This document shows positions 24,361-36,160 of a stretch of 64,000 nt of DNA, piece after piece; positions within the stretch are counted from its first letter, which is position 1; each line of letters begins with the position of its first letter. The stretch is taken from NCBI GenBank assembly GCA_038087875.1, contig CM075978.1:179862001-179926000 (forward strand), in the 5' to 3' direction. A model generated the notes under the pieces. That model worked only from the letters and a program-made list of their open reading frames with translations, ran no database searches and was not told where the DNA came from. The position numbers were made by a program, and so were the translations under genes. Origin of the DNA: Malacoraja senta (lineage: Eukaryota).

Positions 24361-25063
24361 ACTGAATATTTCCACCATATTCGACTTCACAATGCGCATC
24401 ACCAGGCAGTTTTCGGGTGTACATTGCATTTGACTACGCTCAACCACTTCCCAGCTGATCTCTGACAGGCTACATTTCTGTTTAAAATTCTTGATGAGAA
24501 ATACAGCTGGTGTGAGGGGTTAAAAAGCCAGCAAGCTATTCACTGCTTGTCAACTGATTAGCGTAGAGAGCTGATGTGTGCAAAAACTCAAACACCAACC
24601 GCACTCTCCTGAAAGAGTTGATATAGTTCGCAGGATGTAATGTGTTGGTGAAAGAACATATTCTCCTCACCATTTTCTGTGCTCCTGCTCTGCTTCTTCT
24701 GCAAAACCGACTCGCTTTCTCACTTGATCAATAATGATGTGCAGAAAACTCATCGTTATCTTTGAGTAAAAAACTCAGAGAATCCCATCGTGGTAACATA
24801 TGTCGAGTTGTATTTGATTTATTATTCAAACTCTAATAAGATAAACCTACATAAATATTTGAAGAAAGCGTCATTAGCACTGAATTGGCAAGACTCGTGA
24901 AACACCGGCCTGGAAGAGAGATTTGGATCAGGTATGAGCACCTGGTCTAGGTAATATCAAATACATTTTCCAATGCGTCATTATAACAACGCACTCGAGG
25001 TTAATAATAGCAACCCGTCAACGGCGTAATGTGATTTAATTGTGTTCATGTTCTGTTCCGCAG

Positions 25064-25408
25064 CACTTCCAACTCCACTGAAAATTTTCACCAAGACTCG
25101 TGTAATGAATCCAGCCGCGAGTTGTATTCATGTGTGTGAAACAGCTGCATTCTATCCCGAGAATTTCACGCTTAATTGGTATACAAATGGGGTCGAAACA
25201 ACATCGGAAATACAGATCGAAACAAAGAAGAACGCCGAAGGACTGTATACGGTTTCTAGCTCTTTGATCGCGTTGCCGCCATTTCAGAGCGACAACAAAT
25301 ATACCTGTTTAATATCTCACGTCTTCCGCAATACATCAGCCCAGGCTGTCATCGCTGGTTCCGAATGTACCCAAGCTACGCTGCCAACAAAGCTATCTCG
25401 TACCCAAG
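25064..25408 (+). CDS. C1-set Ig exon plus stalk of paralogue A (open, 345 nt, phase 1-1)
   Basis: Acceptor ttctgttccgcAG. Reads (A)LPTPLKIF..CIHVCETAAFYPENFTLNWYTNG..GLYTVSSSL..YTCLISH..GSECTQATLPTKLSRTQ, with both canonical Cys and Trp. Donor GT at 25409. Confidence 0.85.
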
Positions 25409-25589
25409 GTACGATGCCAACAAAGCCATTACTTAAATGTAAACTACTATTTCTATTTTTTCCTGTCCGCGAGGAAAATTCACCTTAGTTCAATTAAAAG
25501 TTGCAGTTCTCTTTAATTAAAACAATGAAACCCAATCTCTTGCAAGACCGGATACAACAAACCTATTATCAATTACGTTTAAGAAAGAA

Positions 25590-25755
25590 CTGCAAATGCT
25601 GGAAAATCGGAGGTAGACAAAAATGCTGGAGAAACTCAGCGGGTGAGGCAGCATCTATGGAGCGAAGGAATGGGTGTCGTTTCGGGTCGAGACCCTTCTT
25701 CAGACTGATGTGAAGAAGGGTCTCGTCTGAGGAAGGGTCTCGACCGGAAACTTCT
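25590..25755. mobile_element. Penelope-terminus cassette with a minus-strand hammerhead-like motif (25676-25703) head-to-head with two partial plus-strand copies
   Basis: gtcgtttcgggtcgagacccttcttcag, then tgaagaagggtctcg and tctgaggaagggtctcgaccggaaac. Confidence 0.65.
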
Positions 25756-26865
25756 ATTATCAATCACATTCGTTTTCAATGAAAATGTCTTATTTGTTCT
25801 CCAAAATAGAAAAACAAATTTAAACATTTTGCCTTTCTACTGGGTAGTGTTGATGTTTCTTTCATGTTGCTTTAAAAAAGGTTTCCTAATGCACCGTTGA
25901 TTCCACACTTGGCGGCGCAACTGATTTCAGGTGCTTAGGTTTTCCCTCACGCTTCCTCGGTTTTTATCCTGATGCAGAATCTTTGCTTCACCGTGCTCAC
26001 CCTCGTTAAAATCGAACTACCCATCCTCCCTAAATTCCTTGGTACGTCATCCACTCCCACTGCCACCGTGACAAATTCAAGTACGGACCTAAAAGTAACG
26101 CCTTTCTAAACTGAAAGGACACCTTTAGCAGATTAAAACCGACAATTATGTTGTGTTATAATTGAAGAGAGGCTTCGATTGAGGCGTCCAACACTGCATT
26201 TCCCCCCAGCCTTTACTGACCACCAGCTTCTAATCAAACCACCTTCACCTGTATCCGCTTAGGTCTTTTCCAGCTTTCTCCCTCTACAACAACACATTTG
26301 AAGAAGGGTCTCAACTCAAATTGTCACCTATCCATTTTTCCGTAGATGCCAGTTGGCCTGTTGAGTTACTCCAGCATTTGGGTTGTTCTCAAGATCCGTT
26401 TATGCAGTTCCTTATATCTGCGTTGTTTTTGTTTGCATGTGTGTAGCTTGACAAAAATCTTAGTTCTACCACGGCGTGCCGACTTCCATATTGATTCACT
26501 AGCATTCTCATTAGAACAAGCGCACCGTTGAGCAAATGGAATTCGGCGATTGTCACTATTTTTTTTGCCATTCACTGCTTTGCACTGAAAAACGCGAACC
26601 ACCTGTGACTTTCCCTGAGGAAAGACCATAAGGTAAGTTGCGTATACCGTCCTGTATTGGGTTCAGCAAAGCAACTATTTCATTGTCCACAGCTGCTAAT
26701 TATTCGAAGCTCGATTAAGAATCTCCCCGTTCACTCCGGTGAAGAATAATCTCCTCAGAATAGTTTCCCAAGCAGACATCGTTTCTATACTCAGAAATAA
26801 TTAGCACAAGTTTCACCAATACACACACACACACTGGAATTAATCTGCTCCTATTATTTCTGCAG

Positions 26866-26971
26866 TTAATGCTTTCGCCTTCCACATTAGACATGCTCTG
26901 GCCTCTCTGGTGCCCCTGATCCTGATTGGTGTCGTTATTGGGACGCACTGTCAGTTGCCGTTTTATAAAAG
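26866..26971 (+). CDS. TM exon of paralogue A: (V)NAFAFHIRHALASLVPLILIGVVIGTHCQLPFYK(R)
   Basis: Same 106-nt exon and splice sites as 4949-5054, with a ctc>ccc (L>P) change in the helix. Confidence 0.8.
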
Positions 26972-27982
26972 GTACGTTATATATGAAAAAAATATGCTCG
27001 TACAATATCTCATGGAATTAGGAAAGATATTTGCGAGAGTTTATGTATTGCGCAGAGGATCATAAATATAATTATAATTTAAACCTGAAGGACGTGGACT
27101 GGGACTGTTAATTCTTTGAAATGCCAATGTATTCTTGGCAACTTAGCACGAAGAAGTAAGAAGATCTGGATGCAAGTAAATTAATAATAAGCATCCGTGA
27201 ATGCTCAAGTTGTTAATTCTCGTTAAATCCAATGAGCTGGCAAGGAATCCAAGAGCCGGTAAGATCACGCTCCCTCTCGTGCAACCTTTTTCTTCAATCA
27301 TTCGTCGCCGGTAATATTCAATATTGAAGAGTGTTGAAGCGCAGATATTTTATCAAACGCAAATGTTTCTCTAAAGTCTGCATCCAGACTGCTGAAACAT
27401 GCAAGTCATGCCAAGATGCATATTTTCCAGGAGAAGATGCGAATATCCGTCGTCTTTTCACTTTCAATTTGAAATTATTTCCCGAAGAATAGGCGAATAT
27501 AGTGTAAAATTACCTGTAAAATCATTATCATTTGTTTCTATGTTCCGCAATTGTATTTAAACCTAAAATGCAGAGATAAAAAACCGGCATAAATAAAATA
27601 AAACTTGAAAGAAATTCAGTGGTTCAGCCACCAGACCCAGATTCCCCCTCCCCCCTTCCCTCCCTCTTGCTCCCTCTCAATCCGGGTTTTCAACCAGCAA
27701 TGTAAACTGATGACTTCAGTCTCTACACATTTTACTTCACTCTTTTTTTAAACTTAAAATACTTACGGGTTTCAATCCCTTTGGAGTAAATGGGATAAAA
27801 GTAAACTTATGTCTTTACTGAAATTGTACCCATTTATAAATGTGATGTTATTTCTAACTGTTGAATATATTTTATCCGCCTGAGAAAGCATCCTTAAATT
27901 ATCTTCTATAGAACAAATGTTTGCATAATTAAATTGTACCTATAGTTAGCAAGGGTTTCTCCACCCTCTCTTGTTTGTGCAG

Positions 27983-28007
27983 GGTCTATGAAAAAGCCAT
28001 AAAGTAG
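27983..28007 (+). CDS. Tail exon of paralogue A, shortened by a 4-nt deletion: (R)VYEKAIK*
   Basis: Homologous to 6091-6166, but lacks TAAG, giving TAG at 28005-28007. Confidence 0.7.
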
Positions 28008-28747
28008 AGAGTGCTGGAAATCTCAAGCAGGATCAACCAAGCGACACCCAATGAACCTGACCACCATTGAAGCACCAGCCTTCCAGCGAATACTGTATGG
28101 CTACCCAAGATGATTGTAATTGTAAGATGTGCCTACCACAGCAGCCTACAAAAAGTAAACGTTAATATTTTGAAGTTCATCCTACAGACGAATTAGATAT
28201 AGGCACTGAAATTCAGGAAAAATAATATGTTCAGTATCGTTCGACGTACTCACGGCTACATTATTGACTGTGAGTTACTTGTGGGATTAATGATTACATA
28301 TTTGACGCCTTGCTTTACTACTATGAAAATTAATGCATATTTTGAAATATGTGTTGTGTTTAACTGATAAAGTAACTTTCCAAACGCTTTGAATTACGTT
28401 ATTATTATTAGTTACATAACTAAAATAGACGTTTTATGGTTACTTCTGATCGCTCGGTGATTTTCAATGTATTTGTTATTTCCGAAAGAAAAACTGTGAG
28501 GCGAGGGATTTAGGCACTATATTGTTCTGTCGCATCTCATTGTGACCTAAATACAAACAGTTTTCAGCATACCAAAGACTATAGACACTTTATTTTTCAC
28601 AACAACCACCACAACGTTTTGTCGAGAGTTTGATCAATTTCCATTGAAATCTATTCTGACAAAAATATATTTTTAACGCATTTATACTATAACCATTGTA
28701 CTACCGAGGTATTTTCTAAGATGGTAGAGCGTATATAATTCCGAGGC

Positions 28748-28753
28748 AATAAA
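28748..28753 (+). promoter_or_regulatory. Candidate poly(A) signal of paralogue A (homologue at 10496-10501)
   Basis: First AATAAA I found downstream of the stop codon. It is conserved in both paralogues. Confidence 0.3.
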
Positions 28754-29906
28754 CAATAGTTTAATTATTAGAAATTACCTTAAAAAGAACCAAATGCATG
28801 GTAGTGCAGGAGGTGGTCCGTAGTGTTCTGCTGTTAAGGTAGGATCATTAGTTTCCAAGCACTTTCAGGAACCTGATCGTTGTAGGAGAATAGCGAATTG
28901 AATCTGGCAATGTGCGCTTCAGTACCCCATGCCTAATAGTTGCAGTGAAACGCGGGAATGGCGCGGTTAATAGGGGTTCAGATCCAAAGCACTATATTCA
29001 TATGATTTGTTAACATGTACAGTATGTAACGAAATGTCTTCTGATCACCGCGGTGTATATATTACCGATCGCGTTGAGGCCACTTATTCTCCACGTCACA
29101 ACAAGGGGTCGTTGAGCTCCTTATCTACTCTGTTCAGTCGCTTTATATGCATTTAGACTCAACATTGATGAAGTAATTTGCAACAATCAAAATCACCTTT
29201 TTTTGCAATGTGTTAATAAAACCATTGGTCTGTCATTTTCTTCATACGCCTTGAGACCATTTCCCCCATTAATCTTTGGTTCCACCTACAGTTAAATGCA
29301 AGTTGATGTCAGGTTTATATTTTCGCTACCATTACATTTTATTCGTCAAATGTAATGAAGGCCCGTGGAGCAAGATGGCAATGATTGTATCATTGCATTA
29401 GTCAGTGAGCAGAATATTGTAAATGACTCTTCACAGCAGTGCTGTTGATATTCGACCACATCATCAAATGTTCCGACGGCAATTACCCATATAGGATGTG
29501 TCCAATCTTTGCAAACATGGGTAATATAGTTAATTAACGAGAAAACGGCTGCCACACAATAATTTGATCCAGCGTCATGAAATTCCTGCATATCCCATTT
29601 CCGCCCAACCAGCATGCAAAGATCAAATTAATACATTTACCTGGAAAAAAAACACCCTTGACAGTATTAAAAATAAACCTGCCGGTACTTCTAGAAGGCT
29701 TTTCCATGAAATTCGCCAGAATGTCTTGCTCCAGTGTTCATTTGACTCCAGCTCCACCATTTTCAACACAGTAAAGAGGTGGAGAAGTAGACCATTTGGT
29801 ATGTTTCGCTGCTCTTTCATCCAGCATAACGCCGAATAATCAGTGCCAACTTCCTGCATTATTCTTATTTAATTCGAATACATTCATGCATAACGTATTG
29901 TTCCTG

Positions 29907-30038
29907 NNNNNNNNNNNNNNNNNNNNNNNNNNNNNNNNNNNNNNNNNNNNNNNNNNNNNNNNNNNNNNNNNNNNNNNNNNNNNNNNNNNNNNNNNNNNNN
30001 NNNNNNNNNNNNNNNNNNNNNNNNNNNNNNNNNNNNNN
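29907..30038. other. N-run (132 nt) abutting the 3' tail of a Rex1/Babar element
   Basis: Seen directly. Confidence 0.9.
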
Positions 30039-31037
30039 TATTCACATACAATGAATTTCCCTTGGTGCTCCGCCCACAAGTAACAACATGACATACAGTG
30101 ACAGTTACGAATGACTCAGAAAACACTAAACATTAATAATAATAAAACATTAATGATAAAACACCATCGATCAAGCATGTGAACCAACAAAATGCCAGAT
30201 CAAAGGGAGGCTACAGAGTTTTGGCTGTTGAGTAGAGCAACTACTCGTGGATAAAAAGTGTTTTTATGTCTGACTGTGGCAGCTTTGACAGTCCGGAGTC
30301 GCCTTTCAGAGGGAAGTGATTCAAAGAGTTTGTGGCCAGGGTGAGAGGGGTTAGTGATGATCTTGCCCACTCGCTTCCTGGCCTTTGCAGTGTACAGCTC
30401 ATCAATGGAGGGAAGGTTGCAGCCAATAACCTTCTCAGCTGATCGGACGATTCGCTGCAGCTTCTAGGTGTCGTGCTTGGTGGCTGAGCCAAACCAGACC
30501 ATGATGGAGAAAGTGAGAACAGACTCTATGATGGCCGTGTAGAATTGGACCATCATTGCTCGTGGCAGATTGTGTTTCCTCAGCTGCCATAGGAAGTACA
30601 TCCTCTGTTGTGCCTTTTTGACTGTGGAGTCGATAGTAGCCCCCCACTTAAGGTCCTTGGAGATGATGGTTCCCAGGAACTTAAAAGACTCCACAGATTT
30701 GACTCTGGTGTTTTTGATAGTGAGTGGGGTGAGGGGAGGGGGAGCTCTCCTAAAGTCTACAATCAATTCCACTGTCTTAAGAGCATTGAGTTCTAGGTTG
30801 TTGCGATGGCACCAGTATGCCAGCTGTGACACTTCCTGTCTGTAGGCAGATTCCTCCCCATCCTGGATCATTCCAATCAGGGTTGTGTCATCCGCAAACT
30901 TGAGAAGCTTGACAGAGGTGTCTGTGGAGGTGCAGTCATTGGTGTAGAGGAGAGGAGAGAGTATGCAGCCTTGCGGTGCTCCTATGCTGAGTGTTTGCGG
31001 GTCCGAGATGTGCTTTCCCAGCCTAACATGCTGCTTC
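30039..31037 (-). mobile_element. Rex1/Babar-clade LINE 3' fragment (RT C-terminus and 3' UTR), cut by a gap
   Basis: KLLKFADDTTLIG..DGEESAYRQEV..WC..NNLELNALKTVELIVDFR..KFLG..VKKAQQRMYFL. Confidence 0.85.
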
Positions 31038-31237
31038 NNNNNNNNNNNNNNNNNNNNNNNNNNNNNNNNNNNNNNNNNNNNNNNNNNNNNNNNNNNNNNN
31101 NNNNNNNNNNNNNNNNNNNNNNNNNNNNNNNNNNNNNNNNNNNNNNNNNNNNNNNNNNNNNNNNNNNNNNNNNNNNNNNNNNNNNNNNNNNNNNNNNNNN
31201 NNNNNNNNNNNNNNNNNNNNNNNNNNNNNNNNNNNNN
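31038..31237. other. 200-N gap, probably a fixed-size scaffolding join
   Basis: Exactly 200 N. The two flanks are unrelated repeats (Rex1/Babar on the left, a SINE 3' half on the right). Confidence 0.8.
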
Positions 31238-31350
31238 CAGGTTAATTAGCCATCAAACATTGCTTGGAGTGTGCTGGAAGCTGACGAAAACAAGGAGAGA
31301 ATAAAACAGGATTAGTGTAAGTGGCTGATTAATGGTTAGCATCGACTAAT
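31238..31350 (+). mobile_element. V-SINE 3' half
   Basis: gttaattagc...aggattagtgtaagtggctgattaatggttagc resembles the 3' half of 18443-18724. Confidence 0.45.
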
Positions 31351-31515
31351 TAAATTGCTTTAAATGGTCCGCCCATTGCTTTATTACACTATGCCTCTGC
31401 AACTCCTCTGCGGTTGACACATCTAAACGTGAACGTGAGATTTGGTGCATTTAGTTAAATCTTAAGTGCACGTGAGATTTAGCACTCGTTTGCTCTAAAA
31501 TTGGCAAACATACAG

Positions 31516-31654
31516 CATAATACATTTCATTTTATTACGCACATGGTGCTTTCAAGTCTTCAAGCTCCTCTTATTTTAGTCATGTTTTGGTGTTTCAGAT
31601 ATTCCTGTTTATTAATGGGACCATCATTGGGTGCAATGCCACTGATTTATAAAG
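31516..31654 (+). pseudogene. Diverged TM-exon-like relic of a third paralogue
   Basis: NTFHFITHMVLSSLQAPLIL...PLIYK|GTACGT resembles the TM exon. The downstream intron 31655-32220 aligns with 5055-5600. Confidence 0.55.
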
Positions 31655-33097
31655 GTACGTTCATTATGAAAAATAATTTTTATACAATATTTCATAGTTA
31701 CGAAATATTTTTGCGAGTTCACAATTATGTAATACAATAGGATAGAATAGAATAGTATCTCCGAACTAAACTAAATTAAACAGGAATTTGACTATTTATA
31801 TAGAGGAATTGTTTCGAGATTGTCAATTCTTCCAAATGTCAGCTGAGCCTTCAATTTAGATTTCAGAATTATAAACGCAATTTAAAGTAAGTGCGGGTAA
31901 TTAACGACATGCGTTTCTGTAAATCGTCATATGCGTCAGTAATTAATTCTTGTTAATTTCCCATTACTTTGCACAGTGGATGATTTCTTAAGGTCCAGCT
32001 CAGGCCTGTGGAACTTATTTCTTCAATCATTCACCACTGATAATGTTCAAATTTGAAGAACATTAGTATGCAGATAATTTAAAATGTGCAGAAAGAAACG
32101 TTGCATATATCTCTGAAATCTGCGTGCAGGTTGATGGAAAGATACAATTACGCAGAGATCATATTTTCCTGTACGTGGCAAAATACATCACAGGGAATAG
32201 GCGAATATAATGTAATGTGTCCGTAGAATCGTTATCGGGGCTCAATTTATCAATTTAATGACAAATCCGAAGACAAAAGAAATTGCAGATGCTGGAATCT
32301 GGAAAAAAGAAACTGGAGAGGAACTCTGTGGTTTAGATACCAGACTCCCACTAGACCAGAGGTCACTATTCTCATTGTATTGAGCTGCAAGAAAACAAAA
32401 TGGCATGAAATGCTGGGCAAGTTAGATGCGACTTGACATGACGCATATTTGCAGCATTTTGTTTCCATTTTAGATTTCAAAAACCTGAATCCTTTCTTTA
32501 TTTCCTCAAAATTGTGTCTTGTGAAATATTAACTACCACACCTGGTCGCATGATCTCCTGCTCTCTTGTCACCGATATATATATATTTTTAAACCTTTGA
32601 ACAATGCATAGATTAATAAATATCAACCATCCCTGCAGATGAGCTTCAACATCTGAATGACAAAGTAAAACTTTATTGGCCGATGCACTTTTGGACAATA
32701 ACGGGCAACAGGCTGGTTTTATTTTCGCTCTGGCATACACGGATTGATCACGAAATCCCGTCCATCAGCCATCTTTTATAAACAGGGAAACAAATAACTC
32801 TTAATCGGCATGCGTATTAATTACAAATTAAAGTCATAGAAATATATCAAATGACCAAATGACCAAAACCAATAAAATGGAAATTACTCGAGATCCGATC
32901 AAGCTAGGAGAAAGTACATTTTATCCCAAGCCGATGAAATTATTTATCTATGTTCACATATTAGGAAATATGTCCTCAATAGACGTTATTCTTATACGTC
33001 CGTTACACGTTTGTGAATTGATACTTAAGTGGTTCAATACAACGATTTTTTATCATGCGATTGTACTTATTAGAAGCTGATCACTTAATAAGTGTAC

Positions 33098-33158
33098 ATG
33101 CATAACGACCATTCCGGGGTTTTTTTCCTGCAATGTTTCACACACTTATTGCTTCACC
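33098..33158 (+). CDS. Candidate leader exon of paralogue B: MHNDHSGVFFLQCFTHLLLH
   Basis: ATG, 61 nt, phase-1 end, perfect GTAAGT donor and a hydrophobic core, 1.45 kb upstream of the V exon. The homologous site in A (~19463) lacks the ATG and donor. Confidence 0.35.
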
Positions 33159-34060
33159 GTAAGTGTTCCTTCTCGTTGTTCAACGCGCCATTAAACGATA
33201 GCGCTAACTAGGCTGATGTGTCAAGCGGTCAAACCGCAAGGAAACAGCGCCGAAGATCTTTCAAGCCGAACGACGTTACCAGGGACCAGAATGATCGACG
33301 CTGGATCCGAGCGCCTCCGTTGAACCAGCGAATTACTAACCTAAAACAAAAGTGCAATAAACCTGATAGGTTAATAAATGTTGATCCATGAAACACACGT
33401 CTGATCAGCAACCAGCACATCACTCCTTTTCCTAAAAGTTCTCCTTGTTATTCAAATATTGTTTGTAATGATCCATTACAGGGTAAATAATGCAAAGATT
33501 TGGCATTTTTGATTTGTTAGGTCTATCCACATTATTCCACCAGCATGTGCGTTTCAAATCTTGCGAAATTTCGGAATCTCCATTTCTGTATCTTAAATAA
33601 CCAAAAAATAATATAAAGTTTCAAAGTTGTAAAGACAATAGTAAGAAAAATAAAAATAAATTAGAATTTTTTCCACTGTGATTCCCGCGGCTGATCTGAA
33701 CGTAATAGACATTAGCATACGTTTTATCCATGGAACTCAGTTATCGGATTTGAATCAACATTCGTACAATGTAAAACACGTCCTTACTTAACAGTTGCAA
33801 ACGCGAACTTCTGCAGACTACTTACTTTAATATATTGATCAGAACGCTAGCCACTATAATGTTTCACCTGTGGTTGGGAACATTCCCCTGGGTAAAGCAT
33901 TGTTCCATTTCCACCTGCCTTCATTTGTAAACTAAGTTCTGGCTAGCTTTCAACTTGGAGCTAAATGCAATTCGTCCTCGAGATTGTCTGTTTTAACCTA
34001 CCATCTAAACGTCGTTTTTTAAAAACATAATTGCATTTTCTTGACAGTGTTTTCCAAGAG

Positions 34061-34151
34061 TTGTTGAACAGATTTCGTTCAATGTAATGCAACTGCCCGA
34101 AGAAGTGGTTTTATCCAAAGGGGGTGAACATTACCTACTGCATATTCCCCA
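34061..34151 (+). pseudogene. Truncated V-exon relic (5' third): EQISFNVMQLPEEVVLSKGG..YCIFP
   Basis: Homologous to the V exon starts, and preceded by a copy of the pre-V intron (33720-34060). Confidence 0.8.
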
Positions 34152-34611
34152 ACGGATCAAATTATTCTTGCAACCCTCAGTTACAAGATACAAATCATCC
34201 TTCATATAATGTAAACCACGCCCTGATAGGACGTAATAAGAATACCCTTTAATTATAATTTTCACCACTCTGCTATCTGCGGCCGATTTGATTCTAGAAG
34301 ACATAGCGAATCCAACGGATCAAATGATACTAGCAACCTCTATTACAGGATGTGAATCATCCTTCATAGAATGTAAACCACGCCCTCACTTAACAGTTGC
34401 CAAAGCAGCTTTCTGCGGACAAATTTGTTGTAGCTGTTGGCCGGAATGGAAATCGGTATAATATTTAACTTACTGATCATCGGTGGGAATATTTACATAG
34501 GTACAGCTTTGTTCATTATTCCATGTGCTTATTTATAAACTAATTGTAAGGTCTACCGTCCGTATGCCGTCATCAACTGAATTACCTTTCCTTGGTTGTG
34601 TTTCCTAACAG

Positions 34612-34931
34612 GCGGGGAACAGATTTCATACATGTAGAGCAAGTGCCCAAAGAAGTGGTTTTACTCAAAGGAGGGAACGTCACATTCTACTGCATATTCC
34701 CCATCTCTCAAGACCAATCTTGGGTAAGAGTCAAATGGTGGAAACAGGGCGAGAATGAATACCAACGTGCAAGTACCGACGACAGGAAACAATCTGGTGT
34801 GATAGGTCGAGCAAGCGGGTACTTCGAGTTAAAGAATGTAAAGATCCAAGATTCTGGAGTGTATTGGTGTTCGGTGACGCGAAATGGAATGGCTCCAAGA
34901 AATTCAACCGGATCACGTCTAATAGTATATG
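34612..34931 (+). CDS. VJ-type IgV exon of paralogue B. The domain is intact, but a 1-nt deletion near the 5' end leaves it in frame only from the second AG (exon start 34623).
   Basis: FIHVEQVPKEVVLLKGGNVTFYCIFP..VKWWKQG..YFELKNVKIQDSGVYWCSVTRNGMAPRNSTGSRLIVY has Cys, Trp, DxGxYxC and a J-like G strand. Donor GTAAGC. Confidence 0.9.
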
Positions 34932-35278
34932 GTAAGCGAAAAATACTTGGAGAAGGAGGTATTTATTATGGAATATAATAGGTGGCAATACCGATTCACT
35001 ATGTAGTCGTCCTTTAATACGATGTTTGTATATTATGATGAGCATAAGGGTGGAATGGTAACCGAAAATAATTGAGGGGTGAACCATAATGTTATATATA
35101 TCAAATATAACATGCGGTAAAACCCATTCACTGTGAAGATATATTTTGATACCTTTGTCGATATTATGTTTAATAAATAAGTATGCGACTAAGAGAAAGG
35201 TTGAAGCTCCGCACTGCGTTTCTAAATTCACACAATGTTTGACCATCTTCGCTCTTCTCGTCAACACTGGTTACCTGA

Positions 35279-35470
35279 TAGACAGACACGAAATGCTGGA
35301 GTAACTCGGCGGATCAGGCAGCATCTCTGGGGAAATGAATAGGTGACATTTCTATTCCCTCTAATAGGTGAAACGTCACCTATTCCATTTCCCCCGAGAT
35401 GTTGCCTGACTCGCTGAGTTACTCCAGCATTTTGTGTCTATCTTCGGCGTAAACCAGCATCTGCAGTTCA
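35279..35470. mobile_element. Fold-back (MITE-like) cassette of Penelope termini
   Basis: gacacgaaatgctggagtaactc...gaataggtgac is inverted to gtcacctattc...gagttactccagcattttgtgtc. Confidence 0.7.
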
Positions 35471-35899
35471 TTTCGACACGCCGGTTACCCGAAGTCTAGC
35501 TTTTAGGGTTCAAAGCCTTAATTTTTTAATTCCTTCGTTGTTCCCCGTGTATCTTTAAACTATAGAAATCCAATATATCAAATACATATATAAATAAATA
35601 AAAGGACGTCCTTTGGAGGTTCAATGGTTTGCAGTGGGTGGATGCAATCGCTCCCATAATGACGGCAGAAACTCAGAGCGAACAATTCGGAAATCTCTGA
35701 TGCATTTTTTGTAGTTTTAGAATGATTATCAAACCATATGTTCAAACAAACATTAGTCAACTCCTTGAGTGTCCCTGACTTTTGATAACGCTCATGAAAC
35801 GCATTGGAACTTAATTTGTTAGGTTAAAGAGATATATGAACGATTATTCTTGCTGATGTGAGAACAATATTCCATTTAGCTCCACTATCTATGCCTCTT

Positions 35900-36160
35900 A
35901 TATTTGAGATACGTCCATTAGGTCACCACATAGTCTTCTTCGCACTAGGCAATCGCTTACTTATCATATCCAAACCAATCGTATCCATTCCACCCTCATT
36001 ACCAAAGCCCGTAATCCAAGCAGAATTATAGTGAATCTCTTCTGCAGTCCATCCAACACAATCGCATCCTTCGTATAATTTGAGATCCAGTATTGAACAA
36101 ATTGCGTCGAATGCCAATTAATCAATCTTTGTATAGACCCCACATACGCTTCCAACATTT
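35900..36160 (-). mobile_element. Old CR1 RT fragment
   Basis: QFVQYWISNYTKDAIVLDGLQKRFT on the minus strand. Confidence 0.55.
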
